Origin: Rhodothermales bacterium
GTDB lineage: Bacteria; Bacteroidota; Rhodothermia; Rhodothermales; UBA10348
NCBI GenBank assembly: GCA_040221055.1
Contig: JAVJVN010000020.1
Coordinates: 69,528-133,527, forward strand
DNA: 64,000 bases
Direction of reading: 5' to 3'
In this document: one piece after another, positions 1 through 9,669 of the stretch
How the letters are laid out: each line of letters starts with the position of its first letter
Position numbering within the stretch: position 1 is the first letter of the stretch
Notes under the pieces: generated by a model
The model's input: the letters and a program-made list of their open reading frames with translations, nothing else
The model's database searches: none
Told to the model about the DNA's origin: nothing
Position numbers and translations under genes: made by a program

Positions 1-502
1 TGCCATCGGCGGCCTCAAAGGGCCCCTCCACGGCGGAGCCAACATCAAGGTCATGGAAATGCTGGAGGACATGGACCGCTCGGGGGCCGACCCCGCGACC
101 GACGTCCGTGCGCGCCTCGCCCGGAAGGAACGGATCATGGGCTTTGGACACCGCGTGTACAAAACGGTCGACCCCCGAGCGACCATCCTCAAGGCCATGG
201 TGGACGAGATGAGTGCCGAGCGCGGAACGCGCAAATGGTTCGACATGAGCGTCGCCATCATGGACGTCATGGCGGAGGAAAAGGGCCTGTACCCGAATGT
301 GGACTTTTTCAGCGCATCGGTTTACGGCACCCTGGACATCCCGACCGATCTCTTTACGCCCGTGTTCGCCATGGCCCGGATTACCGGGTGGACGGCGCAT
401 CTGCTGGAACAATGGCATGACAACCGGCTCATCCGGCCGCGGGCGGCCTACACCGGGCCCCGGGGACTCACGACGGGACGCGCAACGGTCGGATCTTCGT
501 GA
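1..502 (+). CDS. gltA: citrate synthase, C-terminal part (5' end lies outside the window; reading frame starts at nt 2)
   Basis: The translation from nt 2 reads AIGGLKGPLHGGAN...MGFGHRVYKTVDPRA, which are classic citrate synthase active-site motifs. The stop codon ends at 502. Confidence 0.85.
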   Translation, partial: AIGGLKGPLHGGANIKVMEMLEDMDRSGADPATDVRARLARKERIMGFGHRVYKTVDPRATILKAMVDEMSAERGTRKWFDMSVAIMDVMAEEKGLYPNVDFFSASVYGTLDIPTDLFTPVFAMARITGWTAHLLEQWHDNRLIRPRAAYTGPRGLTTGRATVGSS

Positions 503-583
503 ACACCCGTTGACTTCGCCCGGGGCGTTGGGCGGCTTGCACATCCGTTTGTACATTGACGTGCGATCAACCGACCCATTATC

Positions 584-1285
584 ATGAGCTCCAATTCTTC
601 CTGGCTGACATCCCCTGTCCTCAAGAAAGTGGTAACGGGCGTAACCGGCCTGGGGCTGACGATCTTCGTGCTTCTGCACATGATCGGCAACCTGTCCATG
701 TTCGCGGGTAACGACGCCTACAATCTGTACACGTACAAACTGACCTCACTCGGTCCGCTGCTCTATGCCGTCGAACTGGGCCTGGTCCTGTTTTTCGGTT
801 TCCACATCGTGGTCGGCGTCCGGATTGCCCTCGGCAAGCGACGCGCCCGGTCGAAAGGATACGCGGTCTACAAGAGTGCCGGACGGCCCAGCATGCAGTC
901 GGTATCCTCCCGATCCATGATCGTGACCGGGATCATCCTGTTCGTCTTCCTGATTTTCCACGTCATCACGTTCAAGTTCGGCCCCGGAGGCCCGGGTAAT
1001 GCCAGTGAGGCCTACCTGACCATCATTGGTGGCGTCGAAATGCGCGACCTTGCGAAGCTGGTCCGCGAGAAGTTCGCCTCCCCGCTCTACACCTTCGGCT
1101 ACACGGCCATCATGCTGCTCCTTCTGGTCCACCTGCGCCACGGGGTCTGGAGCGCGCTCCAGTCCCTGGGAGCCATTCGACCGTCGGCGTCGCCCCTCAT
1201 CTATACCATCGGGGGCCTCATCGGAGCCGGCATTGCCGTGGGATTCGTGGTCATGCCGCTCGCTCTTTACTTCGGGTTGATATAA
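584..1285 (+). CDS. sdhC: succinate dehydrogenase/fumarate reductase cytochrome b subunit (b558-type membrane anchor)
   Basis: A 233-aa polytopic membrane protein with conserved His residues. It sits immediately upstream of sdhA and sdhB. Confidence 0.8.
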   Translation: MSSNSSWLTSPVLKKVVTGVTGLGLTIFVLLHMIGNLSMFAGNDAYNLYTYKLTSLGPLLYAVELGLVLFFGFHIVVGVRIALGKRRARSKGYAVYKSAGRPSMQSVSSRSMIVTGIILFVFLIFHVITFKFGPGGPGNASEAYLTIIGGVEMRDLAKLVREKFASPLYTFGYTAIMLLLLVHLRHGVWSALQSLGAIRPSASPLIYTIGGLIGAGIAVGFVVMPLALYFGLI

Positions 1286-1297
1286 AACCGTTCCACC

Positions 1298-3205
1298 ATG
1301 CTTGATTCCAAGATTCCTGCCGGCCCACTGACGGAAAAGTGGGACAATTACAAGAACAGCTGCAAGCTGGTCAACCCGGCCAACAAGCGGAAGCACACGG
1401 TCCTGGTGGTCGGCACGGGTCTGGCCGGGGGATCGGCCGCCGCGTCGCTGGCGGAGCTCGGATACAACGTGAAGAGCTTCTGCATCCAGGATTCTCCGCG
1501 CCGCGCCCACTCGATTGCCGCACAGGGTGGAATAAACGCTGCCAAGAACTACCCCAACGACGGTGACACCGTCTGGCGCCTTTTCTACGACACCATCAAG
1601 GGAGGCGACTATCGGTCCCGGGAAGCGAATGTGTACCGGCTCGCCCAGGTGGCCAACAACATCATTGACCAGGCCGTCGCCCAGGGCGTACCCTTCGCAC
1701 GGGAATACGGCGGGCTGCTTTCGAACCGTTCCTTCGGTGGCGCCCAGGTATCCCGGACCTTCTACGCCCGGGGACAGACCGGACAGCAGTTGCTGTTGGG
1801 CGCGTACCAGGCCATGAGCCGCCAGATCGGTCTGGGCAACATCGAAATGTTTCCCCGCCAGGAAATGCTGGACCTCGTCGTTGTCGACGGCAAGGCGCGT
1901 GGTATCATCACCCGCAACCTGGTCACCGGGCAATTGGAGCGCCACATGGCGGATGCGGTCTTGCTGTGTACGGGCGGCTACGGCAACGTGTACTACCTCT
2001 CCACGAATGCCAAGAACTCCAATGTGACGGCGGCCTGGCGTGCCCACAAACGGGGCGCCCAGTTCGCCAACCCCTGCTACACGCAGATCCACCCAACGTG
2101 CATCCCGGTTTCCGGCGACTATCAGTCCAAGCTCACGCTCATGAGTGAGAGCTTGCGGAACGACGGCCGGGTATGGGTTCCCAAGACGCCCGGTGACACA
2201 AGGAAACCGAAGGACATTCCGGAGTCCGAGCGGGACTACTACCTGGAACGTCGTTACCCGAGCTTCGGCAACCTCGTGCCGCGGGATGTAGCATCGCGGA
2301 ATGCCAAGGCGGTCTGCGATGACGGTCGCGGGGTCGGTGAGACCAAGTTGGCCGTCTACCTGGACTTCGCCGATGCCATCAACCGGCTCGGCCGCGATGC
2401 CATCGAGGCCCGCTACGGCAACCTGTTTGAAATGTACGAGCGGATTACGGGGGACAACCCGTACGAAACGCCCATGCGGATTTATCCTGCCGTGCATTAC
2501 ACCATGGGCGGCCTGTGGGTCGACTACGAACTCCAGAGCACCATCCCGGGGCTGTTCGTACTCGGCGAGGCCAACTTCTCCGACCATGGCGCAAACCGGC
2601 TCGGCGCATCGGCCCTCATGCAGGGCCTGTCTGACGGCTACTTCGTCATTCCCTACACGCTCGGCAATTATCTGGCCGGCGAGTCCGTCGCATCCATCAC
2701 GATTGAGCACGAGGCCTTCAAGGAAGCCGAAGCGGCCTCCCGCGAGCGCATCGAACGTCTCTTCAAACCGAAGGGTACCAAGACCGTGGTCGAATTCCAC
2801 CGCGAGCTGGGTCGCATCATGTGGGATCACGTGGGCATGTCGCGGACGAAGGAAGGATTGCAGACCGCCATCACGGAAATCCAGTCACTCCGGGACGAAT
2901 TCTGGCAGAACCTGCTCGTACCCGGGGAGGCCAACATGTACAACAAGTATCTCGAATTCGCGGGACGGGTAGCCGATTTCATGGAGCTCGGCGAACTCAT
3001 GGCCCGCGATGCGCTGGAGCGGGAAGAATCCTGCGGCGGCCACTTCCGCGAGGAGTACCAGTCTCCGGAAGGGGAGGCCATGCGCGATGACGATCAGTTC
3101 ACGCACGTCGCATCGTGGGAATGGAAGCCCGATGGGAACCATGTCCGCCACACCGAGCCGCTCGAGTTCGAAAACGTCCATCTGACCACTCGCAGTTACA
3201 AGTAG
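1298..3205 (+). CDS. sdhA: succinate dehydrogenase flavoprotein subunit
   Basis: It has the N-terminal FAD-binding motif [12 protein letters not shown] and the motifs [12 protein letters not shown] and [10 protein letters not shown]. Its length of 635 aa is typical of the b558-type enzymes. Confidence 0.95.
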   Translation: MLDSKIPAGPLTEKWDNYKNSCKLVNPANKRKHTVLVVGTGLAGGSAAASLAELGYNVKSFCIQDSPRRAHSIAAQGGINAAKNYPNDGDTVWRLFYDTIKGGDYRSREANVYRLAQVANNIIDQAVAQGVPFAREYGGLLSNRSFGGAQVSRTFYARGQTGQQLLLGAYQAMSRQIGLGNIEMFPRQEMLDLVVVDGKARGIITRNLVTGQLERHMADAVLLCTGGYGNVYYLSTNAKNSNVTAAWRAHKRGAQFANPCYTQIHPTCIPVSGDYQSKLTLMSESLRNDGRVWVPKTPGDTRKPKDIPESERDYYLERRYPSFGNLVPRDVASRNAKAVCDDGRGVGETKLAVYLDFADAINRLGRDAIEARYGNLFEMYERITGDNPYETPMRIYPAVHYTMGGLWVDYELQSTIPGLFVLGEANFSDHGANRLGASALMQGLSDGYFVIPYTLGNYLAGESVASITIEHEAFKEAEAASRERIERLFKPKGTKTVVEFHRELGRIMWDHVGMSRTKEGLQTAITEIQSLRDEFWQNLLVPGEANMYNKYLEFAGRVADFMELGELMARDALEREESCGGHFREEYQSPEGEAMRDDDQFTHVASWEWKPDGNHVRHTEPLEFENVHLTTRSYK

Positions 3206-3209
3206 CATC

Positions 3210-3950
3210 ATGAAGATCAAACTGAAGGTATGGCGCCAGACGGGTCCCACCGCTCCGGGACAGTTCGAGACCTATGAAGTCCCGGATGCGAACCCGCACA
3301 TGTCGTTCCTGGAACTGCTGGACGTGTTGAACGAGCAGCTCATGAAGGAAGGCAAGGATCCCGTGGAGTTCGACTACGACTGCCGGGAGGGCATCTGCGG
3401 CTCCTGTGGCGTAGTCGTCGACGGAACGGCCCACGGCCCCCAGCAGCGAACGGCTTGTTGCCAGTTGCACATGCGCCACTACCAGGACGGCGACACGATC
3501 GTGGTCGAACCATGGCGCGCCGATGCGTTTCCCATCATCAAGGACCTGGTCGTGGACCGCGCGGCGTTCGACCGGATTATCCAGGCAGGCGGGTACGTAT
3601 CGGTGAATACCGGCAACGCCCCCGATGCCAACGCCATCCTCGTCGACAAGCATGACGCCGACCTGGCCATGGACTACGCCACCTGCATTGGATGTGGCGC
3701 GTGTGTGGCGGCGTGCCCGAATGCCTCGGCGTCGCTGTTCACGGCGGCCAAGATTTCCCACCTGGCCCTGCTGCCCCAGGGCGATCCGGAGCGGGCCACA
3801 CGTACGCGTGCCATGGTTGACCAGATGGCCGCAGAGGGGTTCGGGGATTGCTCCAACCACGCCGAGTGCGAGGCCGTCTGTCCGAAGGGCATTTCGATTT
3901 CGGCCATCGCCCGGATGCGGCGTGAGTACGTGAAGGCGCTGGGCCGTTAG
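3210..3950 (+). CDS. sdhB: succinate dehydrogenase iron-sulfur subunit
   Basis: It carries the 2Fe-2S motif [10 protein letters not shown] and the 4Fe-4S/3Fe-4S motifs [12 protein letters not shown] and [12 protein letters not shown]. Confidence 0.95.
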   Translation: MKIKLKVWRQTGPTAPGQFETYEVPDANPHMSFLELLDVLNEQLMKEGKDPVEFDYDCREGICGSCGVVVDGTAHGPQQRTACCQLHMRHYQDGDTIVVEPWRADAFPIIKDLVVDRAAFDRIIQAGGYVSVNTGNAPDANAILVDKHDADLAMDYATCIGCGACVAACPNASASLFTAAKISHLALLPQGDPERATRTRAMVDQMAAEGFGDCSNHAECEAVCPKGISISAIARMRREYVKALGR

Positions 3951-3971
3951 CGTCGGCTGTGCAGGTTCCGC

Positions 3972-4682
3972 TCAGCCCGTCTCGACGGCGGACAGGGACT
4001 GCAGGATGGACTGGAAGATGCGTGCGCCATCCGGTGTGCCCAGGATGGCTTCCGAGCTGCGCTCGGGATGCGGCATCATGCCCAGCACGTTTCCTTCCCG
4101 GTTGACAATGCCGGCAATGTCATTCATGCTGCCGTTCGGATTGGCATCGCCTCCGACAACCCCGTCGGGAGAGGCGTAGCGGAAAACGACCTGTCCGTTG
4201 GCTTCCAATTCCGCCAGCACATCCGGATGGGCAATGTAGTTGCCTTCGCCGTGTGCAATGGGTACACGCAGCACCTCCCCTTCCGCCAGCGCCGACGTAA
4301 ATGGCGTGCCCGGGTTTTCCGTCCGCACGTACACGTCCTTGCAGGCAAAACGAAGCGAGGCATTCCGGGTGAGTGCGCCCGGCAGCAAATGGGCTTCACA
4401 CAGGATCTGGAAGCCGTTGCAGATGCCCATGACCAGGCCGCCATCGTTCGCAAACCGGATTACATCCTTCATGACGGGCGAAAACCGGGCAATTGATCCG
4501 CTTCTCAGGTAGTCCCCGTAAGAAAAACCACCGGGCACGATGACCAGGTCGACGTCTCCGATGGACGCCTCCTTGTGCCAGATGAACCGTGCGTCCTGCC
4601 CCATGACATGTTTGGCCACGTGGTAGGCATCGTGGTCACAATTGGAGCCGGGAAATACGAGGATTCCTATGTTCGCGGACAT
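3972..4682 (-). CDS. purQ: phosphoribosylformylglycinamidine synthase subunit PurQ (glutaminase)
   Basis: It contains [18 protein letters not shown]...GICNGFQIL...MMPHPER, the class I glutamine amidotransferase triad. The ORF-track entry 3972..5351 is a 5' over-extension; I set the start at the ATG at 4682. Confidence 0.9.
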   Translation of the reverse strand: MSANIGILVFPGSNCDHDAYHVAKHVMGQDARFIWHKEASIGDVDLVIVPGGFSYGDYLRSGSIARFSPVMKDVIRFANDGGLVMGICNGFQILCEAHLLPGALTRNASLRFACKDVYVRTENPGTPFTSALAEGEVLRVPIAHGEGNYIAHPDVLAELEANGQVVFRYASPDGVVGGDANPNGSMNDIAGIVNREGNVLGMMPHPERSSEAILGTPDGARIFQSILQSLSAVETG

Positions 4683-4850
4683 GGCATACAGGGTTGGCGG
4701 ACTATAAAATAGGTCACACGGATGGCGAAAGCGATCTTGCGAATCCGGGCAGCGGGTGTCCCGTATTTGTTGCGTGTGAGCGCGAACGTCCGGGCGTCCC
4801 CGGCGTACCTCGCACAATGAACGAACGTTCCAATCCGTTGTATCCGCGAC

Positions 4851-5726
4851 ATGATCCCCAAGGAACTCTTCCGAAAAATCAGACAGATCGAAATCCGTAC
4901 GAAGGGTCTTGTGAGCAACATCTTCGGCGGGGAGTACCATTCCGCATTCAAGGGACAGGGCATGGAGTTCGCCGAGGTCAGACCATACCAGTTCGGTGAT
5001 GACATCCGGAGCATTGACTGGAACGTGAGCGCCCGCTACGACGAGACCTTCGTCAAGATCTTCGAGGAGGAGCGTGAGCAGACGGTCATGCTCGCGGTGG
5101 ACGTGTCCGGCTCGGGTGATTTCGGGTCGGCGGACCTGCTCAAACGGGAGATGGCGGCGGAAATATGCGCCGTCGTCGCGTTCAGTGCCATCCAGAACAA
5201 CGACAAGGTGGGCCTGCTCTTGTTCTCGGATACGGTCGAATTGTTCGTTCCACCGAAGAAGGGCCGCAAGCACGTATTGCGGATTATCCGGGACCTGTTC
5301 GCCCACCAGCCCCTGTCGCGGGGCACCGGCATTTCCGTGGCCTTGAACCACCTGCTACACGTCCTGCATCGTCGTTCCATCGTCATGCTGGTCAGCGACT
5401 TCATGGATGACGGATACGAACAGGCCTTGCGTGCCCTGGCGCGGCGCCACGACACCATCGCCGTCCATATGATTGATCCGCTCGAGCGGGATCTCCCGGA
5501 TGTGGGCCTGGTCGATTTCGTGGATCCGGAATCCGGACAGACCGTGACCATCGACTCCGGCAACACATCGGTCCGGGATGCCTTTTTCACTGCGGGACTC
5601 CAATCCGATCGCACCACCGGGCAACTGCTCCGCCGGGTGAAAGTGGATCGTATTCCCATCCACACCGACGAGGGGTATGTCGATCCCCTGGTACGATTCT
5701 TCAAGAAAAGGCATCGGGCAGGATGA
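4851..5726 (+). CDS. DUF58 domain-containing protein (MoxR/Bat operon partner)
   Basis: It contains [24 protein letters not shown] and a VWA-like DVSGS motif, the DUF58 signature. Its stop overlaps the start of the next gene. Confidence 0.85.
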   Translation: MIPKELFRKIRQIEIRTKGLVSNIFGGEYHSAFKGQGMEFAEVRPYQFGDDIRSIDWNVSARYDETFVKIFEEEREQTVMLAVDVSGSGDFGSADLLKREMAAEICAVVAFSAIQNNDKVGLLLFSDTVELFVPPKKGRKHVLRIIRDLFAHQPLSRGTGISVALNHLLHVLHRRSIVMLVSDFMDDGYEQALRALARRHDTIAVHMIDPLERDLPDVGLVDFVDPESGQTVTIDSGNTSVRDAFFTAGLQSDRTTGQLLRRVKVDRIPIHTDEGYVDPLVRFFKKRHRAG

Positions 5727-6904
5727 TTCGATCCACCATATCCCGACTCGCCCTGCTGGCCGGGCTCCTGCTGCCGAATGCGGTAAGGGCCCAACAAACC
5801 GAAGCCTACGTATCGGTCGATTCGACGCGTATTGGTGACCGCTTCGAACTCACCGTGGTCATTGGCCATGACGGTTCGCGATCTCCGGTCTTCCCGCATC
5901 ATCTGATTCCCGATTCCCTCCGGTCGATGGCCCATTTCGCGCTCGGGGACTTCGAGATCCTGGACGTGCGGAAAGAGGGCGGCCGTCCATACGGAAACTC
6001 CGGTCGCCTGGACAGTGTGGTGTATGAGGCCACCACGTTTGCGATCGATACGGCTCGGGTGTCGGGTATTCCGGTGGGACTCGCGCGTTCGACCGATACG
6101 CCGTCAGACGGGCTTGCGACACCGGCCGATACGCTCCGATTCGCCAGCCAGCCGCTCTTCCTTCCGGTCGTTTCTCTCCTGGAGCCAACCACTGAGGACA
6201 TCCGCGACATTACGGAGGTCGCGGAATTCCCTCGATCATGGTGGCCGTGGGTCCTGCTGGGCCTGGTTCTGGCAGCCGCTATCGCAGCCTGGTTCTGGTA
6301 CCGGCTCCGGCAGGCCGATGACGTGGAAGCCGCTCCCGCTCCCCCCCCGGTGCCACCCGTGGATGTCGCTCTGGAGCGCCTGACGCGGCTTGAAGCCATC
6401 GACCTGCGGGCGCTGCCGGATGTAAAATCGTATTACGTGGAATTGGCCGATATCCTGCGCACCTATTTCGGGCAGCGCGCGAATGTGCCGGCGCTCGAGG
6501 CCACCACGCGGGAACTGGTTGATAAACTGACCCGGCTCCGGGCCGATCGCCCGGTTCCGCGGGCCCTTATCCGCGACCTGCACGACATCCTGGACCAGTC
6601 TGACCTGGTCAAGTTCGCCGATATCCAGCCCGTCGTTGACCGGACGCGCGCCATCTTACAGCAGACACGGGAGACCGTCGAGAAAACGGAAGCGGCGTAC
6701 CGGGCCGCTGAACAGGTCGCGCAGGCCGAGCGGATCCGCGCCGCCGAACACGCCAATACACCGGCTGTCTCCGACTCCGCAACGTCCCCAGGCACTTCCC
6801 TGGACGCTGAATCCGCGGATTCCTCAGGTGCCTTCCCCACCGAAAGTCCTGTGAAGCCCACCGACTCTGCCAACCCGTACGCTCCAAAAAACCCGCACGC
6901 CTGA
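5723..6904 (+). CDS. membrane protein, BatD-like N-terminus plus DUF4381-like C-terminal region
   Basis: It has a signal peptide, a single TM segment (WWPWVLLGLVLAAAIAAWFWY), then the pattern LERL..L......YYVELADILRTYF, and it occupies the canonical slot before batA. The family assignment is by pattern only. Confidence 0.55.
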   Translation: MIRSTISRLALLAGLLLPNAVRAQQTEAYVSVDSTRIGDRFELTVVIGHDGSRSPVFPHHLIPDSLRSMAHFALGDFEILDVRKEGGRPYGNSGRLDSVVYEATTFAIDTARVSGIPVGLARSTDTPSDGLATPADTLRFASQPLFLPVVSLLEPTTEDIRDITEVAEFPRSWWPWVLLGLVLAAAIAAWFWYRLRQADDVEAAPAPPPVPPVDVALERLTRLEAIDLRALPDVKSYYVELADILRTYFGQRANVPALEATTRELVDKLTRLRADRPVPRALIRDLHDILDQSDLVKFADIQPVVDRTRAILQQTRETVEKTEAAYRAAEQVAQAERIRAAEHANTPAVSDSATSPGTSLDAESADSSGAFPTESPVKPTDSANPYAPKNPHA

Positions 6905-7875
6905 TGGAATTCGCCCAACCCCTGTGGCTTGTCCTGTTGGTCCTCGTGCCGCTGATCCCCTTCCTGGGGCGGCGCCGGGCGCGGTTGCGTTTCAGCGCCA
7001 CGGCGGCGGCCGGCGCCGCCCCTCCCACGCTCAAGAACCGCCTCCGTAACCTTCCGGTCCTCCTGCGCATGGCCGCGGTGACGTTCGGAATCCTGGCCTT
7101 GGCCCGACCCCAGGACCGCAATACCGTGCAGGAGCGCTATGCAGAGGGCGTCGACATCATGATGGTGCTCGACACGTCCACCTCCATGCGGGCCGAGGAC
7201 TTTCGTCCGAACCGCTTCGAGGCGGCACGCCAGGTCGGGTCGGAGTTCATCTCCAACCGCATATCCGACCGGGTTGGACTGGTCGTGTTCGCGGCCAAGG
7301 CATTTACGCAAGCGCCGCTGACCCTGGACTATGATTTCCTGCTGAGCATGCTCGCCGAGGTCGAAATGGGCGTCATCGAGGATGGTACGGCCATAGGGAC
7401 CGCACTTGCCATGGCGGTGAACCGGCTCAAGGAGAGTGAAGCGGAAAGCAAGGTCGTCATCCTGCTGACGGACGGACAGAACAACCGGGGCGAACTCAGC
7501 CCGGAGACCGCGGCGGAACTGGCGGAAACGTTCGGGATCCGGGTCTATGCCATCGGGGTCGGAACCCATGGCGAGGCTCCGTTCGTTGTCGACCATCCGT
7601 TTGCCGGGCGGCAACGGCGCATGGTGCCCGTCGATATCGATGAGGACATGTTGCGCGCCATATCGGAGCGCACGGGTGGACAGTATTTCCGGGCCACGAA
7701 CAACGAAGGATTGCGACAGATCTATGAGGAGATCGGCGAACTGGAGAAGACCCGCGTGGAAGAGCGCACATATACCGATTTCCAGGAGCGTTATGCCGCC
7801 TTCCTGTTGCCTGGACTGCTGCTGCTCTTCATGGAAATCCTCTTGTCCAACACCGTGCTCAGGAGGTTTCCCTGA
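6904..7875 (+). CDS. batA: VWA domain-containing protein BatA
   Basis: It has an N-terminal TM segment, the VWA MIDAS motif DTSTSM and a C-terminal TM segment. It is start/stop-overlapped with its neighbours. Confidence 0.85.
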   Translation: MEFAQPLWLVLLVLVPLIPFLGRRRARLRFSATAAAGAAPPTLKNRLRNLPVLLRMAAVTFGILALARPQDRNTVQERYAEGVDIMMVLDTSTSMRAEDFRPNRFEAARQVGSEFISNRISDRVGLVVFAAKAFTQAPLTLDYDFLLSMLAEVEMGVIEDGTAIGTALAMAVNRLKESEAESKVVILLTDGQNNRGELSPETAAELAETFGIRVYAIGVGTHGEAPFVVDHPFAGRQRRMVPVDIDEDMLRAISERTGGQYFRATNNEGLRQIYEEIGELEKTRVEERTYTDFQERYAAFLLPGLLLLFMEILLSNTVLRRFP

Positions 7876-8906
7876 TGATGGAATGGCTGCATCCTGAATG
7901 GTTCTGGACCCTGGTCTTCGTGCCGGTGGCAGCCGGACTTTTTGGCTTTGCTGCGTGGAAGCGACGTTCGCTGGTCGCTGCGTTCGGCAATCGCCAGCTG
8001 CTTGAGCGGCTGACGTCCGGCCTGAGTACCCGTCGGCGTCGCTGGAAAGCCGCGCTGCTTTCCGCTGGATTCGCACTGTTGGTCCTGGCGCTCATCGGCC
8101 CGCGGTTCGGGACGCAGATAAAGGAGGTGCAGCGTGAAGGCATTGATCTGGTCATCGCCCTCGACGTATCGGCGTCCATGATGGCCGAGGATGTGGCGCC
8201 CAACAGACTGGAACGTTCCCGGAATGAAATCAAACGCCTGCTCGGGACCCTCACCGGAGATCGCGTCGGCCTGGTCATCTTTGCCGGCGATGCGTTCATC
8301 CAGAGTCCGTTGACCACGGATTATGGTGCCCTGCGCCTGTTCCTGGATGTGGCTGACCCGTCACTCATACCCACACCCGGGACGGATTTCGGAAATGCCC
8401 TTCAGATGGCTCTTCGCGCATTTGAAGCACCGACCCGGATGGCTGACGACGGACCCCGGACGCGGGCGGTCCTGTTTGTATCGGACGGCGAGAACCACGT
8501 GGCCGATCTCGACGAAATCATTGCGCAGGCGCGAGAACAGAACGTCATCCTGTTCGCTGCAGGCGTCGGCGAAACCGAGGGCGTTCCCATTCCGGAATAC
8601 CGGAATGGCCGTCAGGTTGACTTCAAGAAAGACCGGACGGGCACCGTGGTCACCACGCGCCTTGAGGAATCGGTCCTGCAGGACCTGTCCAGGGACGGGG
8701 GGTACTTCCGTATTGCCCGCACGTCCAGCTCGCTCGCCCGGTTCACGACGGCGCTGCAGGGACTCGAGCGGACCTCCTACGGCTCGGAGGAGTTCGAGGA
8801 GTACGACGAAAAATTCCAGTGGCCCCTCTTCCTGGGCCTGTTCCTTCTTTTCCTGGAGCGAATGATACCCGAGAGCAGGAAACCCCGAGAGACCCCATCC
8901 CCATGA
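7875..8906 (+). CDS. batB: VWA domain-containing protein BatB
   Basis: It has two N-terminal TM segments and the VWA MIDAS motif DVSASM. Its position follows batA. Confidence 0.85.
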   Translation: MMEWLHPEWFWTLVFVPVAAGLFGFAAWKRRSLVAAFGNRQLLERLTSGLSTRRRRWKAALLSAGFALLVLALIGPRFGTQIKEVQREGIDLVIALDVSASMMAEDVAPNRLERSRNEIKRLLGTLTGDRVGLVIFAGDAFIQSPLTTDYGALRLFLDVADPSLIPTPGTDFGNALQMALRAFEAPTRMADDGPRTRAVLFVSDGENHVADLDEIIAQAREQNVILFAAGVGETEGVPIPEYRNGRQVDFKKDRTGTVVTTRLEESVLQDLSRDGGYFRIARTSSSLARFTTALQGLERTSYGSEEFEEYDEKFQWPLFLGLFLLFLERMIPESRKPRETPSP

Positions 8907-9661
8907 GAATCCTGATCGTAGTGCTCGCCTTCCTGACGGCCTTCTCCGGCGATGATCCGAAGAAGAAGGGCCGGGAGGGCAACATTCTCTACGCGGCCGG
9001 TGAACTTACGGCCGCGGCCGACGCCTACCGGGCCGGAATCGCGGCCATCCAGGCCGACGGACCCGGTCCCGTGCATGCGGGCCTGCTCAACAACCTGGGT
9101 GCCGCACTGTTCAGGCAGGGAGATTTCGGAAGTGCTGTCGCGTCGTTCACCGGGTCGACCCATATGAGTACCGATGACGCATCTCGTGTGCGCGCCTTCT
9201 ATAATGCCGGAAACGCGCTGACCAAGGCCGAGGAATTGGAGTCAGCGCTCGAAATGTATCGTCAGGCCCTCCTCCAGGACCCGTCCAACCTGGATGCCAA
9301 GTTCAACTATGAGTTCGTGAAGCGAAAGCTGCAGGAACAGCAGCAACAACAGCAGCAGAACCAGGACCAGAACCAGGACGACAAGGAACAACAGGAAAAC
9401 GAAGGCGAGGGTGACGAGAACCAGGAGCAGACCGACGAACAGAACGAGGACCAGCAACAACAGCAGGATTCGGAGAACGCCGATCAGCAGAACCAGGATC
9501 AACCACAGGACCAGCAGCAGCAACAACAACAGGATCCGACCCAGATGAGCCCGGAAGAGGCCCAGCGCATTCTGGAAGCCCTGGAAAACGAGGAGGAGCA
9601 GCTGCTTCGCCAGGTCCAGAAAATGGATGCGCGCCCCCGGCGCGTGGAAAAGGATTGGTAG
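8903..9661 (+). CDS. batC: TPR-repeat protein BatC with an acidic/Gln-rich tail
   Basis: An ATG at 8903 overlaps the batB stop as ATGA. The protein has a signal/TM segment, TPR-like repeats and a long Q/D/E/N low-complexity tail. Confidence 0.75.
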   Translation: MRILIVVLAFLTAFSGDDPKKKGREGNILYAAGELTAAADAYRAGIAAIQADGPGPVHAGLLNNLGAALFRQGDFGSAVASFTGSTHMSTDDASRVRAFYNAGNALTKAEELESALEMYRQALLQDPSNLDAKFNYEFVKRKLQEQQQQQQQNQDQNQDDKEQQENEGEGDENQEQTDEQNEDQQQQQDSENADQQNQDQPQDQQQQQQQDPTQMSPEEAQRILEALENEEEQLLRQVQKMDARPRRVEKDW

Positions 9662-9669
9662 CCGCCGGG

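Noticed and set aside
541-583. A possible promoter TTGACG-17 nt-TTATCA immediately before the sdhC ATG.
   Set aside because: The -10-like hexamer ends 1 nt before the start codon, leaving no room for a normal TSS or RBS. This is probably a chance match.
746-2830. A 694-aa ORF antisense to sdhA. Similar very long ORFs include 6463..8076(-), 9499..11199(-), 24361..25590(-), 26937..28256(-), 41994..44894(+), 49825..50667(-), 50234..51445(-) and 60872..63352(+).
   Set aside because: Each mirrors a gene with strong motif support on the opposite strand or in another frame. Their translations are Arg/Gly/Pro/Ala/His-rich with no motifs, which is the usual open shadow frame of a high-GC genome.
4683-5351. 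5' extensions in the ORF track for purQ (to 5351), dsbD (to 35309), the class V aminotransferase (to 49828), the 60126 ORF (to 61586), mlaF, mlaE, prfA, rpsF and others.
   Set aside because: The extensions overlap neighbouring well-supported genes or have junk composition. Internal ATG starts give canonical N-termini and typical ATGA/TGATG operon overlaps.
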